In this document: positions 52,026 through 62,366 of the stretch, piece after piece
Numbering within the stretch: the first letter of the stretch is position 1
Layout of the letters: each line of letters starts with the position of its first letter
NCBI GenBank assembly: GCA_963668025.2
Contig: CAXXTH010000010.1
Span: 384,001-448,000 of the forward strand
DNA: 64,000 nt
Origin: Candidatus Hydrogenedentota bacterium
GTDB taxonomy: Bacteria; Hydrogenedentota; Hydrogenedentia; Hydrogenedentales; SLHB01
Direction: 5' to 3'
Position numbers and translations under genes: made by a program
Notes under the pieces: model-generated
Databases searched by the model: none
The model's input: only the letters and a program-made list of their open reading frames with translations
What the model was told of the DNA's origin: nothing

Positions 52026-53063
52026 TTACTCTTGGCCCGCCGTTTTCGCGGCTTCCCCGGCCTCGCGAAGCCGCTTCGACTCGATGCGCTCCGCAAGCAA
52101 TGACTCCACGCCTGGGATTTCGACGCTGTATGGGTATTTCTGTTTCAGCGTATCCAACAGCGATTGGAGATTCTCGATAGAGCTAAACTTCGCGATTTCT
52201 CCCATGAGCTTGTCCGCCAGCGGAAAATCGGGATATTTCTGGAGAAAGGCGTTGTATCCGGCCACCGGTTGGAGGAAAAACTCGTATTCCGGCGTGCCTG
52301 GTTTGGGAGGGGCGGGGAGATTGGCGGGAGTGGGCGTTCGTTGAATGGTGGAATTTCTATACTGAATATACTGTCCATAGATCGTGTCCGCATACGTCGT
52401 CATGAGCGCTTCGGCGTCTGGCCCACTGTCCGGGATGCCCTGGAAATCCACTTCCATCAATGCACGTTTCCAGACATTGAAGGCTTCCAGATTCCGGCCC
52501 GCAGGTTCGACCACATCAATTTCCACGGACGTCCGAGCTACTACGGGGAAGACCAATCCATTCTCATCTGGTTCTGGAGGAGGAACAGAATACAATATCC
52601 ATTCAAGCTGAATGGTATGAAGGCCTGGCATATTCAGGGGAACAGCCGCTTGTTCATTTACGCTTGAATTTAAACTGCCCAGTATGCACGTGTCGAGGTA
52701 TACGCGGCCATAACACGTTTTGCCGGGAGCAAGTGTCTGCTTAGGCTCAAAGATAGGTCCTTCCATGAGCTTGCTGCATCCTAACAGTTTATCGCTATTT
52801 GGCTGAATAACGTAGGCTTCACATCCCCTAGGAGAATAAGTTTGTTCATATATCTCATAAACCTGCGACGATTTATTCTCGATTTTGAGATTTATCACCA
52901 ACGGCTGCCACAATAGCATCGTTCTCTGCGGCGTCGATGCGGTCAGGATGACTCCATCCGCTTCCGCTAGAACAGGTTGTTCGGATTGAGCTATCGCAGA
53001 AATACTTATAAGTAAAAGTATTGTATACATATATAATACATTCTCTATCACTCTATTTTTCAT
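52026..53063 (-). CDS. Exported protein (Ig-like N-domain + helical C-domain); putative protease partner/inhibitor
   Basis: Signal peptide AIA-Q, AAGGAG RBS; paralogs at 61371-62366 and 62481-62870. Confidence 0.8.
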   Translation of the reverse strand: MKNRVIENVLYMYTILLLISISAIAQSEQPVLAEADGVILTASTPQRTMLLWQPLVINLKIENKSSQVYEIYEQTYSPRGCEAYVIQPNSDKLLGCSKLMEGPIFEPKQTLAPGKTCYGRVYLDTCILGSLNSSVNEQAAVPLNMPGLHTIQLEWILYSVPPPEPDENGLVFPVVARTSVEIDVVEPAGRNLEAFNVWKRALMEVDFQGIPDSGPDAEALMTTYADTIYGQYIQYRNSTIQRTPTPANLPAPPKPGTPEYEFFLQPVAGYNAFLQKYPDFPLADKLMGEIAKFSSIENLQSLLDTLKQKYPYSVEIPGVESLLAERIESKRLREAGEAAKTAGQE

Positions 53064-53277
53064 GACCGTTCTCCTTCTATTTGTGTCATAAGTTAAGGAC
53101 TATCATGTAAGAATAATTACCACGGTTCACTCTCTCTACGAATTTTTACTATATCCCACGGAGCAAATGTTGTTGGTGGTACGCCACTATTTTCAAGTCC
53201 TTGGTACATAATATCAGGGCTTACGCATCTAATAGTGCTCAAGAGTCGATTTATCCTGTTGTGCATGATTTTTTCTG

Positions 53278-53577
53278 TCAACGTGGCCTGGGATTTTTCG
53301 CTTGGGGGAAGGTCTTTGCGCGCTCACGGCGGGTTTGCTTGACGACTTCGTCCACGTAGCGTTCAGCCAGCTTCATGAAAGCCTGGTAGCCATTGATGGC
53401 CTCTTTTAGGAACTCGGTTTCGCGCGCCGGCACATAGCGAACCACGTTCTTCTCGTTCTCCCAGCTCTGGTGGTTAAAGTGGGGACGCCCGCCCATTTGA
53501 CAGAGCTTTCCGCGCTCCATCCGCTCAATCTGCGCCATGCGCTCCAGCAATGCTTGCATCTTTTTGGTGTGCTTCAT
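53278..53577 (-). CDS. DUF6788-like passenger ORF inside ISAs1
   Basis: 99 aa; differs from 10706-11005 at two residues. Confidence 0.8.
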   Translation of the reverse strand: MKHTKKMQALLERMAQIERMERGKLCQMGGRPHFNHQSWENEKNVVRYVPARETEFLKEAINGYQAFMKLAERYVDEVVKQTRRERAKTFPQAKNPRPR

Positions 53578-53648
53578 GGATTTTAATATATAGAATTCTA
53601 TATACTAGAGTCAACAGTGCTTCGGCGCATGAATGAAAGGAGCACCCC

Positions 53649-54806
53649 ATGACCGCTGAAAAGAAATCCCTGCCCAAGCCCAAGCCTATCATCGAGTGTT
53701 TCGCGGGCCTGCCCGATCCCCGCATGGACCGAACCCGCAGGCACAACTTCATTGACATCTTGGTGATTGGGCTATGCTCAGCCCTCGTGGGCGGAGAGAG
53801 CTTTTCGGATATGGAGCGCTTCGGCTGGCTCCGGGAGGATTGGCTGAAGGGCTTCCTGGAATTGCCCGGCGGCATCCCCTCGCACGACACCTTCAACCGG
53901 GTCTTTTCCGCCCTCGACCCCCATGCCTTTCTGGAATGCTTCGGCCAATGGGTGCAGGGCATTTGCCCCAATCTAAGCGATGAGGTCGCCGCCATTGACG
54001 GCAAAGCCCTGCGGCGCGCCTTGAATCAGGGGGAGGCCATCCCCTACATCGTCAGCGCATGGGCTTGCGAGCACGGCCTGGCGCTGGGGCAGGTCAAGGT
54101 GGACGAGAAATCCAACGAAATCACCGCCGTCCCCAAACTCCTCAACGCCTTAAAGCTCAAGGGAGCCATCGTCACCCTGGACGCCATGGGCTGCCAGAAG
54201 GATATCGCCTCCCACATTATCCAACGGCAGGCCGACTACGTGCTGGCCCTCAAAGGCAACCACGCCACCGCCCTAGAAGAAGTGAAGGCCTTTTTCAAGG
54301 ACGCCGTTCCCCCTTGCGCCACCCAGTGCGCGCCAACAGCCGACGCCACACGGATGGATTTCCACCAGACCATCGACAAGGGGCATGGCCGCATCGAAAC
54401 CCGCCGATACTGGCAATCCACCGACTTGGGCTGGTTCGAGGACAAAGGACTTTGGAAGGGCCTCAAGAGTTTCGGCATGGTCGAGTCCATCCGCAAGGAA
54501 AAAGGGAAGAACACCATCGAGCGGCGCTACTACTTGAGCAGCCTGCCCCTCGACGCACGACGATTCGCCCACGCCGTGCGTGGACACTGGGGCGTGGAAA
54601 ACAATTTGCACTGGTGCCTAGACATTATCTTTCGCGAAGACGACAACCGCGCCCGAACAAGAAACGCCGCCCAGAATCTCGCCTCCTTGAGGAGAATTAC
54701 ACTCAACCTCCTCAAGAAAGACAAGACCAACAAAGATTTCCTCAGGGGCAAGCGCTTCGCTGCTGCACTCGACCCCGAATACCTTCTACGTTTACTGGGA
54801 ATTTAG
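53649..54806 (+). CDS. ISAs1-family transposase
   Basis: DPR, PSHDT, IDGK, KSNEI, DAMGCQ, KGHGRIE and HWGVENNLHW motifs. Confidence 0.96.
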   Translation: MTAEKKSLPKPKPIIECFAGLPDPRMDRTRRHNFIDILVIGLCSALVGGESFSDMERFGWLREDWLKGFLELPGGIPSHDTFNRVFSALDPHAFLECFGQWVQGICPNLSDEVAAIDGKALRRALNQGEAIPYIVSAWACEHGLALGQVKVDEKSNEITAVPKLLNALKLKGAIVTLDAMGCQKDIASHIIQRQADYVLALKGNHATALEEVKAFFKDAVPPCATQCAPTADATRMDFHQTIDKGHGRIETRRYWQSTDLGWFEDKGLWKGLKSFGMVESIRKEKGKNTIERRYYLSSLPLDARRFAHAVRGHWGVENNLHWCLDIIFREDDNRARTRNAAQNLASLRRITLNLLKKDKTNKDFLRGKRFAAALDPEYLLRLLGI

Positions 54807-56540
54807 ATGCGTAAGCCCTGTACATAATATGACCAGCAATTCCACTCTCACTGAGTCCAAACGTATGGCCAACTTCATGAGCTAGAATATTTTGGCCCCA
54901 TTGAGAACCTATCTCGCGTATATCCTCCTGATTTACTGCTGCGTATGAAGGAGGATCTTTGTCTGTTTCTCTCTGAACTACTCCTCCCGTAAAACTTTCT
55001 TCACCATCCCTGTCCCGACTCGTATCTGATTCATAAGCAGCAACAATATATGTACACCAGAAAGCGTTATCCAGTGGCGAATCAGGATATGCAATTATAT
55101 AGTTGTGGATAGCAAAGGTTGTTTCATATGGACGGATAGTTTCATCAAGAAGTAAATTCCTGTGAAAAGGGATTTTCTCATTATTCCATCCTACAGGCAA
55201 ATCAAAAACCACCTTCACATACGCTTCCGTAAATGCACTTACAAGAGTGTTTGTACTTGGAAGCGTCGTCGAAGAACCAGGATCTACGTCATCGGTATTG
55301 ATTTGGTATGGATCTCCATATTCGATTTCGGTCAAGCCTGGATCGAGTGCAAGATAAGTCGTTCCATTGAAGATAATAGGCTTATTGGTAATTGTTGGGC
55401 GATTGGTGTCGGTGAACAAAGCTCCAGGCAGTTGATTATTTGGCAACCAATCGGAATGCGTCGGCCGCCAGTCCACACCTATATCCGAAACATATGTATA
55501 AAACCCTACTTGGGCTTCTAGTCTGACTGTTCCATTCAATGTTCCAAAATACTCCATGGGCGCTGGAGCCCGGTCGGGTTCGCCCATCATATCTCGCTCA
55601 ACATGAATTTTACGCCAAACAACAAGGTATTGTGGGATGGTTTTGATATAAAAATTGTCAAACAGGTTTGGATTGATCGCATCTGCCAGCGTCATTGATG
55701 CTAGTTTATCTGAAAAAAGTGAGGCGGAAGCTCGGTAATTGTCGCCAGGTCGCATGCTTACCTCAAGGCAAGCATACGCATAACCGTAACTATCCGTAAG
55801 GGCAACAGAATCTATAGAAGCTGTCCCGAAATTATCATTCCCTGCATCCCCATTGGGATCGATCCAGGTGGTATTACTTGAAGGATCGTCAATATCCCAA
55901 AGCCGGAAATAGACCGGAACATTCGCGATAGCGGGAGTAATTCGCGCTTTTACCCATATACTATTTCTATATTCTGGATGTTGGTCATCCCAGGCTATCT
56001 TGTCCGGGAATATCTTTAGCCCAACAACTTGGCTGCCTCCAAGTATTGATTCTGGCGTCAAGTTCGTTGGGTGATATACTGACCAAGCAATGCTGGAAAG
56101 CTGCACAACATCAATGGTCCGTGATGGGGCCGAAACGGTTTCATCATCTGCGGAAGGTCCGGCAATCGCCCGGTCATCCGCATCGCAGCCAATGGTGTAC
56201 CGGCCCGCGGAGGTGGGAGTCCATTCCGCTTCATTATTGGTAGGATATCCTGGCACAATAGGTTCGGGTTCATTATCGCCAGGATTCGCATACCAGTTTG
56301 TTGCATCTACATAATCGTATCGCCACCCAATGAATTCGCCATCTTTGTATGCGGTGTCCCATTCCTGAAAGGGGCCAAAACTGAACAGAATAGTAGATGG
56401 ATTATCAGGGTCAAGGCAAATATAGGAAACATCGGTTGTTTCGGGAGGCACGGTCGCGGTGATGGAAAAATCATCGGATTCCATATCCGGATCTGGGCCA
56501 ACGGTATATACTGCGTTTGCGTCAGAGCAAATAATCATCA

Positions 56541-56564
56541 AGAGAGAGAGAGAGAGAGAGAGAG
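56541..56564 (-). repeat. (CT)12 simple sequence repeat in signal-peptide coding region
   Basis: (AG)12 on plus strand at 56541-56564. Confidence 0.95.
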
Positions 56565-56729
56565 CAAACTGTACTGCTACACAACAATATCCGTTTCATG
56601 CACGCCTCCTTTGCCTTTTCACGGGCAGGCCTCTCGCGCGTGATGCTGGGCGGCACAATCACCCCAAGGATCGCTCGCGGAGGCTCGAAACACCTCCGTG
56701 CGCCCGCATGCGCATGCTCCAATACGCCT

Positions 56730-56758
56730 AGTATGCTATAGTCTTCCAATCCTGTCAA
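56730..56758 (-). promoter_or_regulatory. Sigma70-type promoter of protease gene
   Basis: TTGACA-N17-CATACT. Confidence 0.55.
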
Positions 56759-56916
56759 GACTTTTGTTATGGGGAATAGAGTACTGCGGATGAATCAGTT
56801 CTACGCTCCAAAAGCATCTACAACGTCTGCATATACAGCGGCGTAATCTATTAACCGAAGGAAGCGGCGTCCCTGTTCGGCATTGTACTTAGGCGCCACT
56901 GTAGCCGCCTGAAATG

Positions 56917-56972
56917 GTTTCGGGTGGCAGGGGGAGGCAATTGGCCGGTTTTGAGGTAGTTGGCGAGGGCGG
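56917..56972 (-). pseudogene. IS66 transposase C-terminal remnant
   Basis: ALANYLKTGQLPP vs ALVHYLNTGQLPP of 6102-7556; DNA similarity to about 6117-6171. Confidence 0.6.
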
Positions 56973-57220
56973 CGCGGATTAAACTGACACGGATTCGCAA
57001 GCTTCGAGCAACTTTGGTCGCATTCATGGGCGGTCCTCCTTGGCCGAGTTGGACTGCGGCTGTTAACACCAGGATTCTGACGCGCCAGGGAGACCGTTTC
57101 AATAAAGCCAAAGATCCTCCCAAAATCCGACAAGGACACTTCTCTAGACGGGTAACTCTATTCAGAATAATCAGTTGCGGCGTTCATTCCCCATTTTTAG
57201 TAATCCGGTACTTTTTCTTC

Positions 57221-57249
57221 TTGACAAAGTAAGCGCACATTTATACGAT
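57221..57249 (+). promoter_or_regulatory. Sigma70-type promoter
   Basis: TTGACA-N17-TACGAT about 210 bp upstream of 57461. Confidence 0.55.
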
Positions 57250-57460
57250 TAAGTAGACTAGAGTATGTTTTTTCGCATATTTCGTAATCCTTCGTATATT
57301 CCGCGATAACGGTACTGGTGGCTGGGCGATTGTCGTACGCCGGAGGGATGGCTGGGTCAGTTCGTGTGTTCATTCTTTGCAGTGAGCGTAATCCGGGAGG
57401 AGAGCTGTTTTCCTCCCGTACGGGGCACGGGCCATACGTTAAAGAAGGAGGATAGGGCGG

Positions 57461-58288
57461 ATGAATATGGGAATAGTCTACAAGATGTCACTGCTGTTAG
57501 TTGTCACGGTTTGCCTCACTTCAGGCCTCGCAGGTGCGGATGTTCGCAATCCCGTCCAGGCGGTGGAGGTCGCCACTGCGCCTGTTCAAGACGGCGTGAT
57601 CAGCGCGCAGGAATACGGGGCGCTTGCGCCGCTTTCCATGACGGCGGACAACGCCTTTCAGGTGGATTGGGGCGGCACAGTGCTGGCGCCAGCCGTGGAT
57701 GACCTGAGCTATGACGTTTATGCGGCATGGGACAGTGAAGCCCTATATATCGCGCTGGATGTCACCGACAACGAAGTCTTGACCGCGGCAACGCTCTGGG
57801 GCGGAGGCGAGATGGCGCAGATCGTTCTCGCGGAAGTCGGAGCCGTGGCGAGAGAGGCTGGCTCGCTGAGTGATGTCGGCATTCTCCCGGATGGCGCCAT
57901 CGCGTGGCAGAACAACGCTGGCGGAGGCGATGTTTCATGGGGCGCTGCCAATATCACCGGCGCCTGGGAAACGACGGCGACGGGTTATGTGATCGAGTTG
58001 CGCTATCCGTGGTCGGATTTCAAGATCACGCTGCCCACGATCGAGATCGGCGCGCAATTGGTGGCCATGTTCGCGCTCGTGGACTACGATGCGGCCGCCC
58101 TTCACGCGTTCATGATTTCGTCCGGCGGGCCGGAAGCCAATCCCTTTGAGAATCATAAGGATCTGAGCACGGTGACGCTCGTCGGAGCGGGCTCAGGGTC
58201 TGACGTACCTGTAGCCGGAGCGGCTGCATTAGCGGCCTTGGCTGTTGCCATGCTAGCGGCCGGCGTAAAGACCTTTAAGCGTAAATGA
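57461..58288 (+). CDS. Surface protein with CBM9/DOMON-like domain and VPVAG C-terminal anchor
   Basis: Signal peptide; DG...AWDSEALYIALDVTD...GYVIELRYPW; VPVAG-TM-KRK tail. Confidence 0.82.
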   Translation: MNMGIVYKMSLLLVVTVCLTSGLAGADVRNPVQAVEVATAPVQDGVISAQEYGALAPLSMTADNAFQVDWGGTVLAPAVDDLSYDVYAAWDSEALYIALDVTDNEVLTAATLWGGGEMAQIVLAEVGAVAREAGSLSDVGILPDGAIAWQNNAGGGDVSWGAANITGAWETTATGYVIELRYPWSDFKITLPTIEIGAQLVAMFALVDYDAAALHAFMISSGGPEANPFENHKDLSTVTLVGAGSGSDVPVAGAAALAALAVAMLAAGVKTFKRK

Positions 58289-58682
58289 CAGTTTGAGTGT
58301 GATGCACGGGCCGGCCATGCGCTGGCCCGTGTCATATCATATCCCCGCGCCACACGCGCTCCGAAACTGCCTCAACGAAAGGCGGGAAAGACAAGGCGCT
58401 CTGCTGCTCTGAAGAATTTTCCAAGCACGGGGGAGCGCCTCAGTTCGCAACCCGGTATGAGTTTCCCGTCTGCCCCCTTCCTCGAATCCAATTCGCTCTT
58501 CCAGGCCTCTCTTTCCTGTATCTTCACACACTGCAAAAGGCCTTTTGCTACAATATCCCATTCTTTTCTGGTGATTCGGCGATACTTTGCCTGTTGCGTT
58601 ATTCGGAGTAAATAGTGGCTTTCTCTACTTTTTTCATAGGCCTTATATCCTCATGGCCACGAAAAAATGGTCTTCTGTTCTT

Positions 58683-61061
58683 CTACTGTAAATTCCTTGG
58701 GATAGTCTCTTGCCAGGTGCGTTCCGCAACTGTTTTGCCATTTTCGCGCACGCATTTCGTGAAATCGAGTATGAAGTTCGCCGTGTCCGATTGGATAGTC
58801 AATGTGCCGGATACGTCAATGGCGCGGCCTTCGATGTTGAAAACGTGCTGGCGGAATCCGCTGAATTGCGCGTTATCAGGCGTGGCGTCGTAGGCGTTCC
58901 ATGTGTAGGAATCCGCGGAATTAAAATCGCTTTCCCCAATCCGCCAGTCGCAATCGCTGGTGACATAGTATGTGGACTCGCCAAGCGTGGCGTCCCGGTA
59001 GGCGGGGCTGATCGGGCCGAAGGAATACCCGTGTGCGCCGTCGGGCGATTCGTCGTATGCCTCAGGTTCGGGCAAGTCGATAGGCGAAGCCGTCGGCTCG
59101 GGCGGAATCGGCAAGGTTAGTTTGGTGGCTTGGCTCAATATTAGCGAAGTGCTTCCCGGATAAGGCGAGGGCCAGATCATGGGAAACTGCGCATTCGAAA
59201 TGGCCAGGCGGATTCGATGTTTCGGCTGGAACCGCCAAGTTGTGAAATGAATGCGGGCGGCCAATGGCGTCGGCTCACCGGGCGTCAATGGAACCGGGTC
59301 CAGGCGTGACAGGCGTTGCGAGGGATTGATGAGCGCGCCGCTGACAAGGGATACCGCGCCATCCGGCGCGACATCTTCGAGGCGAACCGTCCACTGGAAC
59401 AGCGCTGCGTCCGCCACGACGTTCAAATGTACTTCCGGACGTCCAATTATTTCGATGGTTTCGTCCAGCGGCGCACTATCGTACACGAGGCTTTCCTCGT
59501 CATCCTTCACCATATCCGGCGTGAGGTCGCCCCACCATCCGAGCGCCGCGATGCCCGCGCCTGCGGCGTATTGCAGGGTATCGGTTTGTCCTTCCGAGAC
59601 GCTGGCCGTTTCGAGCGTATGGTTAGCTTCGGGATACAACGTCATCTCGGTCATTCCGGCAATCGGCCACGCCTTGTCCCAGCGCCACTCGCCGGGTGTT
59701 TCCGTCATGGACAGGGAAGGTTCATGGCCATCGCGCACAAACGTAAGCAGACGCGGCTCATCGAGCACGCCATTATCCACGTTCTTCAGCCAATGGTCCC
59801 ACCAGCGCAACGCGCGTTGCCGCCATTCGTAATTAGGACCGGGTTTGCCATATTCAGGCCAAGCGTGATTCCATGGGCCGATTTCCGCGATGACCGGTGC
59901 GTTCGAGGTCTCGCAGACTTCGGAAACAAAATCGCGATATCCATCGAGCAGGCCGCCCACGAGATAAGCCGGCACTTCGAGTGGCTCTTTGAACTTAATG
60001 GACTTGTCACGCCAGAAGGCGCTGTCCTGCTGTTCGCGAAACCAAGTGAAAACCCACGGTTCACGATCGAACCGGTCCGCCCGCCATTGCGCGTCGAGCT
60101 TATAGCCCGGTGGCGCGGGCAGAATATTGTCGACGTCGATCTGTTGTGCGTATTGATCCATGTGCAGCACACCGTCAATATAATGCACATCGTTATAGTA
60201 CAGGTCCGTCGAGGCGTGCGCCGCAATAATGGCCTTTAACGCAGGCGGCTTGCGCGAGGCGGTCATCAACGAATTGAACCCACTCCACGACACGCCATAC
60301 ATGCCCACGCTTCCATTAGCCCAATCCTTTTTTGATAGTTGATCGATCACCTCGACCGCGTCATCAATTTCAGTTTCAGAATATTCGCACGGAGGAATGG
60401 AACCTTCGCTGCTGCCCGTTCCTCGCACATCCACCCGGACAATCGTGTATCCATGCTTCGCAAAATACGCGCCATACTCGTAATCGCCCAGATAGAAAAG
60501 GTCGTCTTTGCGGTAGGGAAGCAACTCCAGAACGGCGGGAAATTTCTCACCATTGGCCTGTGGCAGCGGCCGGTAATACGTGGCGGCAAGACGAATGCCG
60601 TCCTGCATGGCCAGCCAGTCCTTTTCCACGACGAACTGGTATGTATGGGGCGTAGCATTAGCGGCGGCCTGAGCGACATAGACCAGCGCGGGGCTTCCCG
60701 TCACTTCGTCGCCGCAATCGTCCCAGGCTCGCACACGAATCGCCGCCGACCGCGCCGTTTGCGTAGTGTTCTCAGCGTATGTTATTGAGACTTTGCTCGG
60801 CCCCGATTTGTCACAGGAAAGCCATCCCGTTTCCCCGGATTCACCCGCGTCCGGAGCACTGGAAATGACCTCGACGGTCCATTGCCTCGCGGTATCGAGA
60901 TTCTCCCCCATCGCCATCGACACCGCACCTGCCGCCGGTCCCGCGCCGATCTGTGTATACGCCGGTTCCAACGTCACCGTCACATACAACGGGCATCCCG
61001 TCAGAGCAACGCAAACCAGTCCCACAAAAAGCAGGCCGCGAATTTCAAACCATCGACGCAT
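58683..61061 (-). CDS. CocE/NonD (S15) hydrolase lipoprotein with BACON-like N-domain
   Basis: LTGC lipobox; PYRKD, DVRGTGSSEG, GVSWSG and GPWNH motifs; ATG at 61061. Confidence 0.9.
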   Translation of the reverse strand: MRRWFEIRGLLFVGLVCVALTGCPLYVTVTLEPAYTQIGAGPAAGAVSMAMGENLDTARQWTVEVISSAPDAGESGETGWLSCDKSGPSKVSITYAENTTQTARSAAIRVRAWDDCGDEVTGSPALVYVAQAAANATPHTYQFVVEKDWLAMQDGIRLAATYYRPLPQANGEKFPAVLELLPYRKDDLFYLGDYEYGAYFAKHGYTIVRVDVRGTGSSEGSIPPCEYSETEIDDAVEVIDQLSKKDWANGSVGMYGVSWSGFNSLMTASRKPPALKAIIAAHASTDLYYNDVHYIDGVLHMDQYAQQIDVDNILPAPPGYKLDAQWRADRFDREPWVFTWFREQQDSAFWRDKSIKFKEPLEVPAYLVGGLLDGYRDFVSEVCETSNAPVIAEIGPWNHAWPEYGKPGPNYEWRQRALRWWDHWLKNVDNGVLDEPRLLTFVRDGHEPSLSMTETPGEWRWDKAWPIAGMTEMTLYPEANHTLETASVSEGQTDTLQYAAGAGIAALGWWGDLTPDMVKDDEESLVYDSAPLDETIEIIGRPEVHLNVVADAALFQWTVRLEDVAPDGAVSLVSGALINPSQRLSRLDPVPLTPGEPTPLAARIHFTTWRFQPKHRIRLAISNAQFPMIWPSPYPGSTSLILSQATKLTLPIPPEPTASPIDLPEPEAYDESPDGAHGYSFGPISPAYRDATLGESTYYVTSDCDWRIGESDFNSADSYTWNAYDATPDNAQFSGFRQHVFNIEGRAIDVSGTLTIQSDTANFILDFTKCVRENGKTVAERTWQETIPRNLQ

Positions 61062-61238
61062 AAATCGTTCCTTCCTACCTCTATCGCCGTACCGTCCCCA
61101 GGTTTCACTGTTTCTCGTCGAAATCACGCCATGCCTCAAGAGCGATCAGGCTTGATTAGGCGATATAGCTTCATACATCAAAACTTGGAACAAACATACG
61201 GGTGAATGCAATGATCCGATCCGCAGAGGTATATTCAT

Positions 61239-61342
61239 GATCGTATCCTTTCTCTGGGCCTCTTGTTGAATGCTCCGGCATTTTACCACAGAGGCACGGA
61301 GGAGCACAGAGAAATAAGCCCAAACAGAATGATACGCCCTTA
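61239..61342 (-). repeat. Cassette spacer repeat (stop-hairpin-RBS)
   Basis: Matches 62367-62480 and about 51935-52028. Confidence 0.85.
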
Positions 61343-61370
61343 CTCCTGGCCCGTTGCTTTCGTGGCTTCA

Positions 61371-62366
61371 TCAGCTTCGCGAAGCTGCTTCGATGCGCTC
61401 TGCGAGCAAAGCCTCCACGCCCGGGATTTCTACACTATACGGATATTTTTGCTTCAGCGTATCCAGCAGCGATTGGAGATTCTCGATAGAGCTAAACTTC
61501 GCGATTTCTCCCATGAGCTTGTCCGCCAGCGGGAAATCGGGGTATTTCTGGAGAAAGGCGTTGTATCCGGCCATCGGTTGGGTAAAAAACTCGTATTCCG
61601 GCGTGCCTGGTTCGGGAGGGGCAGGGAGATTGGCGGGAGTGGGCGTCCGTTGTATGTAACAGTTTTTGTACTGAACATATTGCCCATAGATCGTGTCGGC
61701 ATAGGTCGTCATAAGCGCTTCCGCGTCTGGCCCACTGTCGGGAATCGTCCAGAAATTCGCCTCTTCCATCGCGCGTTTCCACGCATTGAACGCTTCTAGA
61801 TTGCGGCCCGCAGGTTCGACTACATCAATTTCCACAGACGCCAAAGCTACGATGTGATGAATGATCCCATTTCTATCGGGTTCAGGGGCAGGCACGGAAT
61901 GCAGCGGCCATTTAAGCTGTATCGTGTAATGGCCTGTTCTATTGAGTGGCACAAATCCTTCATTATTTATTTCCGACTTTATTTTACCCAATATACAGGC
62001 ATCGATGAATATGCGGCCATAATACTCCTTACCAGGTTCAAGTTTTACCCGGTGCGAAACCCTTGATCCTGTGATAAACGAACTGCAAGTGAATCGCTCA
62101 TTACTGTTGGGTGGAACAATATAAACCACGCAGCCACTAGGAAAATCTGTCTGGGGATTAATCTCGTATGGCTGCGATGACTTGTTTTCGAGCATGAGAT
62201 TGATCACCAACGGCTGCCACAATAGCATCGTTCGCTGCGGCGTCGATGCGGTGAGGGTAACGCCATCCGCTTCCGCTAAACGTAATTCCGGCGTAGAAGC
62301 TTCTGCCCAATTAAGACCGCAGAACAAAGAAAACGCGACTAGAAGGTATACCAAGCGAGTATTCAT
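61371..62366 (-). CDS. Paralog of 52026-53063 (extreme C-terminus frameshifted)
   Basis: Near-identical C-half, divergent N-domain; 5-bp deletion near 61390. Confidence 0.82.
   Translation of the reverse strand: MNTRLVYLLVAFSLFCGLNWAEASTPELRLAEADGVTLTASTPQRTMLLWQPLVINLMLENKSSQPYEINPQTDFPSGCVVYIVPPNSNERFTCSSFITGSRVSHRVKLEPGKEYYGRIFIDACILGKIKSEINNEGFVPLNRTGHYTIQLKWPLHSVPAPEPDRNGIIHHIVALASVEIDVVEPAGRNLEAFNAWKRAMEEANFWTIPDSGPDAEALMTTYADTIYGQYVQYKNCYIQRTPTPANLPAPPEPGTPEYEFFTQPMAGYNAFLQKYPDFPLADKLMGEIAKFSSIENLQSLLDTLKQKYPYSVEIPGVEALLAERIEAASRS

Larger units (their letters stand above)
53215..54820 (+). mobile_element. ISAs1-family element copy C (intact)
   Basis: 18-bp TIR CAGGGCTTACGCATCTAA; 10-bp TSD TACATAATAT (53205-53214, 54821-54830). 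Confidence 0.96.
53117..56599 (-). pseudogene. Secreted Zn-metalloprotease, frameshifted at (CT)12 and interrupted by ISAs1
   Basis: AGGAGG-ATG 56599; main frame 56541-54821 with HEVGHTFGL; after IS removal continues HIMYQGLE...EPW to TAA at 53119-53117. Confidence 0.82.

Noticed and set aside
54742-54820. C-terminus RAYASKFPVNVEG... of the 599-aa ORF
   Set aside because: Derived from the ISAs1 TIR and transposase antisense strand, not the native protein
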